Shown here one piece after another: positions 30,465 through 40,391 of a stretch of 64,000 nucleotides of DNA. The notes beneath the pieces are model-generated. The model ran no database searches. It saw only the letters and a program-made list of their open reading frames with translations, and was not told where the DNA came from. The first letter of the stretch is position 1. Every line of letters begins with the position of its first letter. The stretch lies in NCBI GenBank assembly GCA_965223325.1, contig CBDCWI010000002.1:1248001-1312000 (forward strand). Direction: 5' to 3'. The position numbers and the translations under genes were made by a program. This DNA comes from Candidatus Multivoradales bacterium (GTDB lineage Bacteria; Acidobacteriota; Thermoanaerobaculia; Multivoradales; Multivoraceae).

Positions 30465-30736
30465 GGTCAGCGGGGTCTCGAAGGGGTTTTTCCGAGGGTC
30501 CAGTGGCGGGGGCCTCGCCAAGGACCAAGACGATTGTAACCACAAAAACTAGAAGTTCTTGGTTTTCGAAGAACAAATCCACCAATTTCTCGGGAATATC
30601 GGGCCAGGCTCCCGGCACGTCGGGTTCGATCTGCTCTCCGGAACAGCAACCTCGTGCCGTCTAACTCGCTCAGAACGAGGCACTTACCCCAGCGAGAGAC
30701 TCCAGGCGGGCTGGGCTTTGGCCGAAGACCGCGACT

Positions 30737-32071
30737 TCAGAGGCTCCGCGACAGGACGCGATCGCGGTACCACGCCCAGGAGGCCTTCGGCACCCGCCGG
30801 CCGGTGCCCGGCTCCTGCCAGATCAGCCCCCAGCGCTTGCTCAAGCCGTCGGCCCACTCGAAGCCATCGACCAGGGTGCGGACGAAGAATCCTCGCAGGT
30901 CGATGCCGCGCTCGAGCGCCTCGAGGGCAGCCTCCAGGTGTTGCTCCAGGTAGCGGATGCGCCGGTGATCGTCGATGGGTCCGAGCCGTGCGGCTTCGTC
31001 TTCCGCTCGGCCGTCCGTTGCCAGCCCACACGCCGTGACCACCACCGGGACGCCGTAGCGCTCGCTCACCCGAGCGAGAACTTCAGTCAACCCCTGTGGA
31101 GCGATCAGACGACCCAGGCCGTCGCAGCGCTCCTGGTGACCGGGGGGAACAACCGCCGCATCGAAGAGCGGCGCCCCGCGGCGGGCCTCGACCCGTAGGC
31201 GCGTCGAATAGCTGAGTCCAAGGAAGTCGAGCTCGGTGTCTTCGAGACGAGCCAGGTCACCTTCACCGACCGCTGGGCTCATGTGAGAAGCGATCGCCTC
31301 GGGGTAGGCACCAGAGAAGAAGGGGTCGGCGCCGGAGCGATGAAGGAAGCCGTCGAGCAATTCGGTGGCCTCTCGATCGGCCATCCCGTCCGTCGCTGGC
31401 TCGAGTGCGTTCCACTCCAACACAGTGCCGATCGAGAGCCCCGGCCGCAGAGCACGCAGCGCCTCGCAACCGTGCGCCGTCGCCAGGTTCTGGTGGTGAA
31501 GAACGGCCACGTAGGTCGAGCTCTCTCTCGTTCCCGGTGCGTGGTCGCCGAAGAGATGGCCGCGGGTCGCAAACACCCCTGGCTCATTGAACATCAGCCA
31601 GTTCCGAACGCGGTCTGCCAGCCGCCGACCGACGACTGCGGCGTAGTCGGCGTAGCGGAAGATGACATCGCGGTTGCCAAACCCACCACGGTCTTCGAGC
31701 GCCGCTGGCAGGTCCCAGTGAAACAGGCAAGCCCAGGGTTCGACTCCCGCTTCGAGCAACTCGTCAACTAGACGATCGTAGAAGTCGAGCCCGACGATGC
31801 TCACTTCGCCCGAACCGGCTGGCAAGACGCGCGGCCAGGAAATCGAAAAGCGGTAGGCGTCGAGCTGAGCCTCGGCGAGCCGAAAGACATCTTCCGCCCA
31901 GCGTCTGCGGTGATCGGTTGCGAAGTTACCGTTCTGTCCGTCGACGATCGTGCCGTCGAGAAAACAGAAGCGATCCCAGATCGAACGACCGCGACCATCC
32001 CGCTCCGTGCCGCCCTCGATCGAGTACGCAGCGGTCGAGATACCAAACGTGAATCCCTCGGGAAAGCTCAT
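30737..32071 (-). CDS. Glycoside hydrolase family 1 (beta-glucosidase-like) with substituted nucleophile motif
   Basis: FPEGFTFGIST, YRFSISWPR, HWDLP, FNEP present; TENG replaced by TACG; DGFEW. Confidence 0.9.
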   Translation of the reverse strand: MSFPEGFTFGISTAAYSIEGGTERDGRGRSIWDRFCFLDGTIVDGQNGNFATDHRRRWAEDVFRLAEAQLDAYRFSISWPRVLPAGSGEVSIVGLDFYDRLVDELLEAGVEPWACLFHWDLPAALEDRGGFGNRDVIFRYADYAAVVGRRLADRVRNWLMFNEPGVFATRGHLFGDHAPGTRESSTYVAVLHHQNLATAHGCEALRALRPGLSIGTVLEWNALEPATDGMADREATELLDGFLHRSGADPFFSGAYPEAIASHMSPAVGEGDLARLEDTELDFLGLSYSTRLRVEARRGAPLFDAAVVPPGHQERCDGLGRLIAPQGLTEVLARVSERYGVPVVVTACGLATDGRAEDEAARLGPIDDHRRIRYLEQHLEAALEALERGIDLRGFFVRTLVDGFEWADGLSKRWGLIWQEPGTGRRVPKASWAWYRDRVLSRSL

Positions 32072-32106
32072 CCTGCCTTCTTCACTCCCTTGACTCGAAA
32101 CGCCTT

Positions 32107-33459
32107 TCAACTGCGGCCGGCGAGCCACTCCTGACCGACATGAGAGATGACCAGGCGACGTTTACCGCGTCCACTGAGAGGGATTTCGGCGGTCCAGTCG
32201 ATGGTGATCTCGACCTGGCCGCGAGTAGCGGCCAGGATCTCGCGGCAGAGCGTAGCCTCCACCAGGGCACGGTCGGCGCCCTCCCGGGCGACCAGACGCA
32301 CCCGCAGGTCCTCTAGTGTTTCCTGAACCACCTGATAGTGCTCCAGGTGCTCTTCGAGCGACTTCATCAGCACCACGAAGAAGTGCATGACCAGAAAGGT
32401 CTCGTCGGGCAGAACGATCAGGTCGGGTACCCGCCCCTCGACACGCTCGAGCATCGGGAGGGTCCGGCCGCAGAGGCAGGTGGCGTCAGGCGGTGCCGGC
32501 ACCGCCAGATCACCGACTTCGTAGCGCACCAGGGGCATGGCGAAGTTGTCCAGCTGCGTGAGCACGACGCGCCCGAGCTCCCCGGGCGCACACGGGCCGT
32601 CTGCTCCTAGCACCTCGAAGATCGCGTTCTCGGGGTGGAGGTGGTAACGGGTTTCGCTGTGCGCGCACTGGCTCGCCACGTGGAAGCCTTCGCCGCCGGC
32701 CCCGTAGTAGTCGAAAACCCGCTGTTTGAAGACCCGCTCGATCGCTTCACGATAGGGCGTGTAGAGGGCATCACCGGTAGCCGTGATGCCATCGACCTCC
32801 GGCACCTCGAGGCCGAGAGACTCGAAGCGCCGAGCCACGGCATAGAGCGACGACGAAAAACCGTTCAGATGCGCTGGCTCACTGCCCCTGGGCGACAGGG
32901 CCCTTTGAACCGCACGAGCGTCGAGATCATCGGCGTTCATCGTCAGGTAGGCGCAACGAAACAAGCGATCCTGGAGTTTCTTCTTCCAACCCAGGCGGGG
33001 ATTCAGGTTCACCGTCACGTAGCGATCGCCCGGCGAGTACCCAGCCCAGTTCCAGATGCGAAAACGCAGCGCCCAGAACCAACTCTCCTGGGTCGCCGTG
33101 CGATAAAAGACCATCGGTCGCCCGGTCGAGCCACTGGTGGCATAGCGATAGACCTTCTCGTTCGTTTCGAGCGGAAAGAGGCCTTCCGGCGCATCGCGAA
33201 GGTCGTCCTTGGAAACCACCGGCAGCCCCGACAAGAGCTCGTAGTCCGAAGGAGGCCCTTCGCGGTTCTCGAACCCGCGATAGAAGGCACTCTTCTGACT
33301 TGTGGCGAGAAGCCGCTCGAGCTTTTCTTCCTGGCGTGCCCTCTGCTTCTCTCGCGACAGATTCTCCGACTCGTGCAACTGGCCGATGAGCGGCACAATG
33401 TGCGTGCCATTCGCCCGATCGAGAAGCGGGAACACCAGCTTCTCGAAAACACCACTCAC
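32107..33459 (-). CDS. Phenylacetate-CoA ligase/CapK-like adenylate-forming enzyme
   Basis: TSGSTGRP, YYGAGG, AMPLVRYEVGD, VEGR, GKRR motifs. Confidence 0.85.
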   Translation of the reverse strand: MSGVFEKLVFPLLDRANGTHIVPLIGQLHESENLSREKQRARQEEKLERLLATSQKSAFYRGFENREGPPSDYELLSGLPVVSKDDLRDAPEGLFPLETNEKVYRYATSGSTGRPMVFYRTATQESWFWALRFRIWNWAGYSPGDRYVTVNLNPRLGWKKKLQDRLFRCAYLTMNADDLDARAVQRALSPRGSEPAHLNGFSSSLYAVARRFESLGLEVPEVDGITATGDALYTPYREAIERVFKQRVFDYYGAGGEGFHVASQCAHSETRYHLHPENAIFEVLGADGPCAPGELGRVVLTQLDNFAMPLVRYEVGDLAVPAPPDATCLCGRTLPMLERVEGRVPDLIVLPDETFLVMHFFVVLMKSLEEHLEHYQVVQETLEDLRVRLVAREGADRALVEATLCREILAATRGQVEITIDWTAEIPLSGRGKRRLVISHVGQEWLAGRS

Positions 33460-35036
33460 TCGTGCTCCTTTGCCCCGGCGAGCGCTTCGAGCAGGGCCGA
33501 ATCGATGCGTGCCTTGACCGTGCGCCGGTCGAGGCCGAGGCGGCGGGCTGCTTCGACGTAGCTGCCGGCCTTCGAGTACACCAACGTCGTGTACCCCGAG
33601 AGCAGCTCGTCGGCGTCGAGATCACCTACCTCGAGGCGCGCCAGAAAGCCGGCGAGACCCGGCGGGTCGACCGCCTCGCCGCCGGCCGGGTGGTACGAGC
33701 CGCGCACCAGGACGTTGCGTACGCACTGCTCGAGCTCTCGGAAGTTTCCGCGCCATGGATACTCCGACCCGAGGTTCTGCCGAACGAAAGCCGTCGTCTC
33801 GGCGGCCAGCGAATCGGCCTCGGAGGCGCCCACCATACGCCCGGCGATGGTCGCGATCAGCCGACCGAGCTCAGACGGTGCATCGTCGAGTTGCTCGCGC
33901 AAGGACGGCGTGCGCACGATGTCCGAGCAGATTCGGTAGTAGAAGTCTTCGCGCATGCGGCCTTCTGCCATCTCGACCTCGGGCTCACGGTTGGTCGCCG
34001 CAATCAGTTTGCCGCGGAAGCGCCGGGTCTCGGTATCGCCGAGGCGCTGGAAGGTCCTGGTCTGGAGAACCCGCAACAGCTTTACCTGGATGGTTTCATC
34101 GATCTCGCCGATCTCGTCGAGAAACACCGAGCCGAGTGGTGGACAGACCTCGAACCAGCCCTCCCGGTCGGCCACTGCGCCGGTGAAGGCGCCACGCTGG
34201 TGGCCAAAGAGTTCCGACTCGATCAAGGTCGGCGAGAGGGCCACCAGGTTGAGGGCGAAAAAGGCTCCCTCGAAGTCTTCGGCAAATGCCTGCCTGGCCT
34301 GGTCAAAGGGAATGAATCGAGAAAGACCGATGGCCCGCGCAACTAATTCCTTACCCGTACCTGAGGGGCCGGTAATCAGCGTCGTGACATCGCCCATGCG
34401 GTCATAGAGGCCACGGCGGTAGCGGCGCATGTCGTGAGTGAAGATCGACTGCCAAACCGCCGAGCGCAGCGCCGCCGCCGGTTTCGAGGCACCAGCGAAG
34501 GTGCCGAAGACGAAGTGAAAGGCCCGTCGCAGCTGGAAGAACCACCCGAGGCACAACGAGGCGTCGAGGCGCTCGACCATCCCGAGGTCTGGATCGTTGA
34601 TCCAATGGTGAATCTGCTTCTCGAGCGCCGGGAAGATCGCCACCGGGCGGGTCGATGCCACACCGCCGCGCGCAATCAGTGCGCCGAGATCACCCTGATG
34701 CAGGTTATAGAGGTGGTAGAGAACGAGATCACGCCACAGGCGGCGCGTCTCCTCGCTGGGCCTATCGCCCTTTCTGTTCTTTTCTACCAGTCGAGGGCGC
34801 GCACGCTCGAGCAGCGCCGCGAGCCGCTGGTCGATCAAGGGTAGGTTGGGATTCTTCTCGTAGTCACTGGCCCGGTGCCAGACCTCCTGACCGAGCTCCT
34901 GGTACTGGCCGCCAAGAGCTTCGCGCTCGAGGGACACGCGCTCGACGGAGAAAGGATCAGCGTGTGACAAGCGCGCCACCGCCTCGACGAAAGCCCGGTC
35001 GGAACCGGCAAACAGATGGGGCGCAGCACTAGCCAT
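33456..35036 (-). CDS. Sigma-54-dependent transcriptional activator (bEBP) with an unrecognised N-terminal domain
   Basis: GPSGTGKELVA, ESELFGH..GAFTGA, FLDEIGE, QVKLLRVLQ, WRGNFREL; C-terminal Fis-type HTH. Confidence 0.92.
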   Translation of the reverse strand: MASAAPHLFAGSDRAFVEAVARLSHADPFSVERVSLEREALGGQYQELGQEVWHRASDYEKNPNLPLIDQRLAALLERARPRLVEKNRKGDRPSEETRRLWRDLVLYHLYNLHQGDLGALIARGGVASTRPVAIFPALEKQIHHWINDPDLGMVERLDASLCLGWFFQLRRAFHFVFGTFAGASKPAAALRSAVWQSIFTHDMRRYRRGLYDRMGDVTTLITGPSGTGKELVARAIGLSRFIPFDQARQAFAEDFEGAFFALNLVALSPTLIESELFGHQRGAFTGAVADREGWFEVCPPLGSVFLDEIGEIDETIQVKLLRVLQTRTFQRLGDTETRRFRGKLIAATNREPEVEMAEGRMREDFYYRICSDIVRTPSLREQLDDAPSELGRLIATIAGRMVGASEADSLAAETTAFVRQNLGSEYPWRGNFRELEQCVRNVLVRGSYHPAGGEAVDPPGLAGFLARLEVGDLDADELLSGYTTLVYSKAGSYVEAARRLGLDRRTVKARIDSALLEALAGAKEHE

Positions 35037-35111
35037 TCCCGGATCCTATGCAAGTCCGGGCCCGAAGATACAACCCGGGCCCAAGGGGCCTTCAGGTGTC
35101 AAACAGGAGGC

Positions 35112-35645
35112 TCAAGCCTTGACGACCTTGGTACTCGCCATCATGTCGTGGATGCAGCGTCGATCGGCACGGAAAATGAAGAGAACGTCGATAAGGCCAA
35201 AGAAGGGAATGAAGCTCACCAGCAGCTGCGTCGCCGCAAAGCGAATGAACACCACCTTCCCGACCGGAACCGGCGAGCCATCGTCGTTGACGATCTTCAC
35301 TCCGAGCATGCGCTTGCCGATCGTCTGACCATTCTCTGCCAGGAGTTTGAGGGTCCAGCCACACCAGGCAACAAGGCCGAGAAGCACGCCCAGAGCGCCG
35401 CCGAGCAAAGCGAGGTCCTCGTCAACCGAGACCATCGAGACCATAACCAGGAAGCCCGGCAGCAACACGGCCATCAGACTCAGATTGTCGACGATCTTGG
35501 CCACCAGGCGCGAACCCGGATCCGCCAGGGTCGAGTGGTCAGTGGCGGTCGGAGCGACTCCGCCGACGTCCGCGTTTGGCGCCGCGTAGGGGTTGTCGTA
35601 GGGCGAAAGGCTGGGTTGCAGAGTCTGCGGGTCGGACATCGTCAA
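35112..35645 (-). CDS. RDD family membrane protein
   Basis: NPYAAP, RLVAKIVD, GQTIGKRMLGVKIV, HDMMASTKVV motifs. Confidence 0.9.
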   Translation of the reverse strand: MTMSDPQTLQPSLSPYDNPYAAPNADVGGVAPTATDHSTLADPGSRLVAKIVDNLSLMAVLLPGFLVMVSMVSVDEDLALLGGALGVLLGLVAWCGWTLKLLAENGQTIGKRMLGVKIVNDDGSPVPVGKVVFIRFAATQLLVSFIPFFGLIDVLFIFRADRRCIHDMMASTKVVKA

Positions 35646-35967
35646 TTTTCTCCAAAATACATCGAATACCAGACATACAAAGTATACATGGTTTCTAGCT
35701 CGATTCCCAGCCTCCTAAGTAAACCTCTCATTCAAAGGGACTTACGAGCCAGACGGAGGTCAGGTCGGCAGTCACCAGGATTCAGGCCCTCCCCAGAATC
35801 ATCCCAGTCATTTCCCAGTCGATCGCCCGGCGTTTGCCCGGCGACGGCCGGGCTGCCGATCCAACGAGGCAGGATCACTCCAGCGAGAATCCGCGGCCAA
35901 ACGCAGCTGCGGTGTGACGACCTTCGGAGGCTGAAGGCGAAGCGGGCCGCTTGCGCCGCAAACGGAG

Positions 35968-37251
35968 CTAGTACCGGAGAACCGAGAACAGCATCGCCTT
36001 TTGAACGTCAGTCGAGAATCCATCGGCGCTGTAGTCGGCGATCTTGAGACCGACGACCTGGCCGCCGGGCGCCTTCCAGGTCACGAGAGCATCGACTTCG
36101 GTGCCGTAGTCGCCCGAGGTGTTCTCGGCCGAAAAGTCGTGGTAGGCGGCCTGTACATTCCACACACCCTTGCCCCAGCCAAGCTTCAGGTAGAGGTCTT
36201 CGAGACCGTTGGCAGGAGTTGCGAGGAACTTGTCGGCGAAGCCGTTGAACTTGTGCAGTGTGGCAAGCGGGGTGATGAACGCCGTCGTCCCGTCGCCTTC
36301 GAGAACTTCGGTCCCGAGGCGAGCGCTCCAGGCACCCTGTTTGAGCCCGCCCTCGACCCGCAGGTAGTCGTGCGAGAGATCGGCGGCGTTGTCGCCATAG
36401 TCGTCCTGGCGGGCGAACTGTAGATCGTAGAGGCCCGCAAGACCAGAGGAACCGAGCGCGCTCGAGCCCGTGAAGCTCACCGCGACGGTCGCCCGTGAGC
36501 GCCCAGAAAGAGCCGCGGCGTCGTAGTCCAGCCACTGCCCCGAAATCCCCAACACTCCCCCACCGAACGCACGTCGCACGTCGGCTAGATGTCCCGTCAG
36601 GTCCTGCCGAGCGCCGGTGATCGTATGCACCCGGTCGAGGAAGACGTAGGAGAGCTTCCAGGCCTCCTTGCCTTCTCCGATGGCGGTATCGATCGACACG
36701 GCATCGAAACTCTGGTGGTTCTGACGCCAGGCAACCGCGCCAACGAAACGCTGGTCGCCGAGGTTCTTCTCGAACCGCCCGGCCTTGACCGCCACCTGGC
36801 CGCCGAAGTCGTAGGCCACCCAGGCCTGGTTGATCTCGGTGAGATCGGGGTCGGCGACCACGGGACGATTGGTCACACCGTTGTGAAGGGAGCGCGCACC
36901 AACATTGTTGTAGAGCTCCTCGCGCGGGCCACTGACGTCTTCGACCTCCAGCCCGAAGGTAAAGCCGCTCAACGGGGCACTCTGGAACACGAAACCGGAA
37001 CGCAGGGTGAGCGCCTCGCCATCGCGGCCTTCGAAACGCGCGGCGTCGTCATCGACAAACTCGAAGCGCGGTCTGAAGGAGACACCCCACTTGCCCTTCT
37101 TGAAAGTCTCCCCGAGGGTCGAAGCCACTTCATCCTCACTGTCCGATGCAGCCTGGGCAGCCGGAGGGGCGACCAGCGCGAGCGAGAAGAGGAGGGCAAG
37201 AGAGGCCAGGGCCGACGATCGGACAGTCCAACGAATGGTTCTATAAAGCAT
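35968..37251 (-). CDS. Outer-membrane beta-barrel, alginate-export (AlgE-like) family porin
   Basis: Signal peptide; TEINQAW, QRFVGAVAWRQN.QSFDA, TPLATLHKFNG.AD.F motifs; terminal aromatic residue; AGGAG before the ATG. Confidence 0.82.
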   Translation of the reverse strand: MLYRTIRWTVRSSALASLALLFSLALVAPPAAQAASDSEDEVASTLGETFKKGKWGVSFRPRFEFVDDDAARFEGRDGEALTLRSGFVFQSAPLSGFTFGLEVEDVSGPREELYNNVGARSLHNGVTNRPVVADPDLTEINQAWVAYDFGGQVAVKAGRFEKNLGDQRFVGAVAWRQNHQSFDAVSIDTAIGEGKEAWKLSYVFLDRVHTITGARQDLTGHLADVRRAFGGGVLGISGQWLDYDAAALSGRSRATVAVSFTGSSALGSSGLAGLYDLQFARQDDYGDNAADLSHDYLRVEGGLKQGAWSARLGTEVLEGDGTTAFITPLATLHKFNGFADKFLATPANGLEDLYLKLGWGKGVWNVQAAYHDFSAENTSGDYGTEVDALVTWKAPGGQVVGLKIADYSADGFSTDVQKAMLFSVLRY

Positions 37252-37326
37252 TGAAAAACTCCTGAGGGTGTGCACCCTACGTCCGAGAGGTAAGAAAAGG
37301 GAAAGGCGAAAAGGCGAGAAGAGGAA

Positions 37327-37914
37327 CTAGCCGCCGCTGGCCGTATGACCTAGCGGATCACTGACACTCGCCACCGCGACGTGGCACTGCCGGCAATTCA
37401 CGCGCTCGGGATGGCTGGTACGCAACTCGGGGCGCGCCGCATCGCCGTCATGACAGGCCAGGCAGTTCTCGCGCATGAAGACCCGATGCGGCAGTCGCGG
37501 CGGGGCGATCTCACTCGCTCGATCGCCGTGCACCCCGCCGGGCCCGGTGGCCGAGACTTCGAGGGCCTTGCCCACGAAGGTGGAGGCCACGAAGACGTCA
37601 TCGGTTGCCACCTCGACGTGACACTGGCGGCAGCGGGCAGCCGCCATTCCCAGCGTGCCGCCATGCGGCAGAGCTGGCGAGAGACCGACGTTTGGAACCT
37701 CGATCGCCCGGTCGCCATGACAGGAAACACATTCCGCCGAGAAACCGAGGTGCGGGATGACCGGAGGCGCACCGTGAAAGGCCCGGCGCTCGGCACGCTC
37801 GGCGTACGAAGCAGGATCTTCTCCAGGGCCCGGGCCCGGCGAGCAGCAGAGCGCGCCGAGGGACGCCACGAGAATGACTGCCAGTGTTCGAACCGTGAAT
37901 ACGGGGGGGCCCAT
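37327..37914 (-). CDS. napB: NapB-like c-type cytochrome with internal duplication (four CxxCH)
   Basis: Two repeats: PPVIPH..CVSCH..CRQCH and PPRLPH..CLACH..CRQCH; directly downstream of napA. Confidence 0.8.
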   Translation of the reverse strand: MGPPVFTVRTLAVILVASLGALCCSPGPGPGEDPASYAERAERRAFHGAPPVIPHLGFSAECVSCHGDRAIEVPNVGLSPALPHGGTLGMAAARCRQCHVEVATDDVFVASTFVGKALEVSATGPGGVHGDRASEIAPPRLPHRVFMRENCLACHDGDAARPELRTSHPERVNCRQCHVAVASVSDPLGHTASGG

Positions 37915-37925
37915 CTCGCGACCTC

Positions 37926-40340
37926 TCAGACCCGTTCGACGCGCACGGCGCACTTCTTGAAGTCAGGCTCTTTCGAGATGTTGTCCAGCGCGTCGAGTGT
38001 GAGCTCGTTGATCAACTTCGACTCGTCGAAGAAGGGCACGAAGACCGATCCTTCGGGCGGTGCCCCCCGCCCGTCGACGGCGGCTTGCAGTTCGATGGTG
38101 CCGCGGCGACTCGTTACCCGCACTCGCGACCCGTCCTGCACGCCGAGGCGCGCCGCATCGGCTGGATTGAGCTCGACGTAGGCCTCGGGTACCGCCTGGT
38201 GCAGCTGCCGTACGCGGCGGGTCATCGAACCGCTGTGCCAGTGTTCGAGGACCCGGCCGGTCGAGAGCCACAGAGGGTACTCGTCGTCTGGGATCTCGGC
38301 TGGCGGGTGGTAGGGGCGCAGCCAGAAGGCCGCCTTTTCGCCATACCCCTTGGCCTTGTAAAAGTGCACACCCTCGTTCTTCTTGACGTATGGGTCGATC
38401 CCGGCGGCGTAGCGATAGGGGGTTTCGCGCCCGTCGACAACCGGCCAGCGCAACCCACGGGTGGCCTTCAGATCCTCATAGGAGGCGAGATCTTTGCCGA
38501 CCCCGAGGGTGAAGCTCCGATACTCCTCGTACATCGCCTCGTGCCAGTCCCCCTCCCAGGGGAACAGGTACCCCATGCCCATGCGCCTGGCCACTTCGAC
38601 GATCTGCTCGGCGTCCTCGACCGCCTCGCCGGGAGGCTCGATCATCTTGTTCCAGTGCTGGGTGCGCCGCTCGGTGTTCCCGAAGACACCCTCGCGCTCG
38701 ATCCACGCGGCGGCAGGGAGCACGAGGTCGGCCATCTCGGTGGTCGGTGTCGGATAGATCTCGGAGACCACCACGAACCGACCGTCACCCGGCTGGCGCT
38801 CGAAACGATGCAGGTTGGGCAGCGACAACCACGGGTTGGTGGTCTGAATCCACATTGCTTTGACGTCACCGCGCCGAAGCGCACGAAACATGTCGACTGC
38901 GTGGTACCCGGGCTTGGGATTGATCGTCCCGGGTTCGAGGCCCCAGATCTCCTCAGTCTTCTTGCGGTGGTCGGGATTCATCACCACCATGTCGGCCGGC
39001 AGTCGATTCGACAGCGTGCCCACTTCGCGTGCCGTTCCGCACGCCGAAGGTTGCCCGGTGAGACTGAAGGGGTTGGCACCGGGGCGGCCGATCTTACCGG
39101 TGATCAGATGGAGGTCGTTGATCAGGTTGTTCATCCAGGTGCCGCGAGTGTGCTGGTTGACCCCCATGCACCACAGGCTGACCGTGCCGCGGCTGCGGGC
39201 CCCGTAGATCTCTGCCAGCGAGTGGATGGTCGCAGCAGGCACTCCGGTGATCTCACTCGTGCGCTCGGGGCTGTAGTCCGCCAGGAAGGTACGCAGCTCG
39301 GCGAGTGAACTGTCACGGCCCTTGTCTTTCCAGGTGTAGCGCTCGGCCTGGTCGCCGTAGCAGCCATAGCCGATCTCGTCCTGGTCTTCGATGCCGCGCT
39401 TCCAGACCACGTTCTCGTCGATGAACGCCTTGTCGATGGCGTCGTTCTCGAGCAGGAGATGCATGATGCCGTTGGCCAGCGCCAGATCGGTGCCGGGCTT
39501 GAACTGCACATAGAGATCGGCATACTGCGAGGTCGCCGTCCGCCGTGTCGCGAGGTCGATGATGCGAACGTCGGGGCGCTGGCGCCGGGCCTCGAGAATG
39601 CGGCTGAACAAGACCGGATGCGCCTCGGCCATGTTGTTGCCCCACAGCACGAAATCGTCGCCAACCTCGAAGTCTTCGTAGCAGCCCATCGGCTCGTCGC
39701 TCTGGAACTGGGTCACGAAACCCATCACCGCGCTCGCCATGCACAGACGCGCATTCGGGTCGATGTTGTTCGAACGCATTCCGCCTTTGACCCACTTGAG
39801 CGCCGCATACCCATCGTGCACGGTCCACTGTCCTGAGCCATAGACGGCCACCGACTCGGGACCACTCTCGGCCAAGGCCTCCTGGAACTTCTCGGCGATC
39901 AGATCGTAGGCCTCGTCCCAGGAAATGCGTTCGAGCTTCCCGTTGGCATTGCGGCGCTGCGGGTACAAGAGGCGGTCTTCGCCGTAGAGAAGACCCGGCA
40001 GGTGGTAGCCCTTGACACACAAGAGACCCCTGTTGACAGGGTTCTTGGTGTCGCCGCGCACGGCTACGGCGCGCCCATCCTGGACCCCGACCTCGACCCC
40101 ACAGCCGGCTCCACAGAAGCGACACGGGGCCTTCTGCCAGTTCACACCCTCACGATCGAGAGCCGCGACGTCGGTGTCGTCGGCGGCTGCCTCGATCTCT
40201 CGCGCTCGTTCCTGGTCGCTGCAAGAGAAGGCCGCTGCGGCCGCACCACCGGTACCAAGAACAGTCAGGAATCGACGTCGGTCGACACCACGTTTCGGAT
40301 CGTTCGGATTCTTCATCGGGTTCGTTTTCCGGAAGGCCAT
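37926..40340 (-). CDS. napA: Periplasmic nitrate reductase catalytic subunit
   Basis: Tat motif DRRRFL; 4Fe-4S CRFCGAGC..LCVKG; NARLCMASA; SLTGQPSACGTAREVG; terminal PDFKKCAVRV. Confidence 0.95.
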   Translation of the reverse strand: MAFRKTNPMKNPNDPKRGVDRRRFLTVLGTGGAAAAAFSCSDQERAREIEAAADDTDVAALDREGVNWQKAPCRFCGAGCGVEVGVQDGRAVAVRGDTKNPVNRGLLCVKGYHLPGLLYGEDRLLYPQRRNANGKLERISWDEAYDLIAEKFQEALAESGPESVAVYGSGQWTVHDGYAALKWVKGGMRSNNIDPNARLCMASAVMGFVTQFQSDEPMGCYEDFEVGDDFVLWGNNMAEAHPVLFSRILEARRQRPDVRIIDLATRRTATSQYADLYVQFKPGTDLALANGIMHLLLENDAIDKAFIDENVVWKRGIEDQDEIGYGCYGDQAERYTWKDKGRDSSLAELRTFLADYSPERTSEITGVPAATIHSLAEIYGARSRGTVSLWCMGVNQHTRGTWMNNLINDLHLITGKIGRPGANPFSLTGQPSACGTAREVGTLSNRLPADMVVMNPDHRKKTEEIWGLEPGTINPKPGYHAVDMFRALRRGDVKAMWIQTTNPWLSLPNLHRFERQPGDGRFVVVSEIYPTPTTEMADLVLPAAAWIEREGVFGNTERRTQHWNKMIEPPGEAVEDAEQIVEVARRMGMGYLFPWEGDWHEAMYEEYRSFTLGVGKDLASYEDLKATRGLRWPVVDGRETPYRYAAGIDPYVKKNEGVHFYKAKGYGEKAAFWLRPYHPPAEIPDDEYPLWLSTGRVLEHWHSGSMTRRVRQLHQAVPEAYVELNPADAARLGVQDGSRVRVTSRRGTIELQAAVDGRGAPPEGSVFVPFFDESKLINELTLDALDNISKEPDFKKCAVRVERV

Positions 40341-40391
40341 TGTTTAGGGCGCCGCTGCGGGCACTTTTAGGGGTGCGAGCTGAGCGAGAGC

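Noticed and set aside
35646-35760. AT-rich patch suggesting foreign DNA or an sRNA
   Set aside because: It is short and directly upstream of the RDD gene, so it is best explained as a promoter region. There are no mobility genes or flanking repeats.
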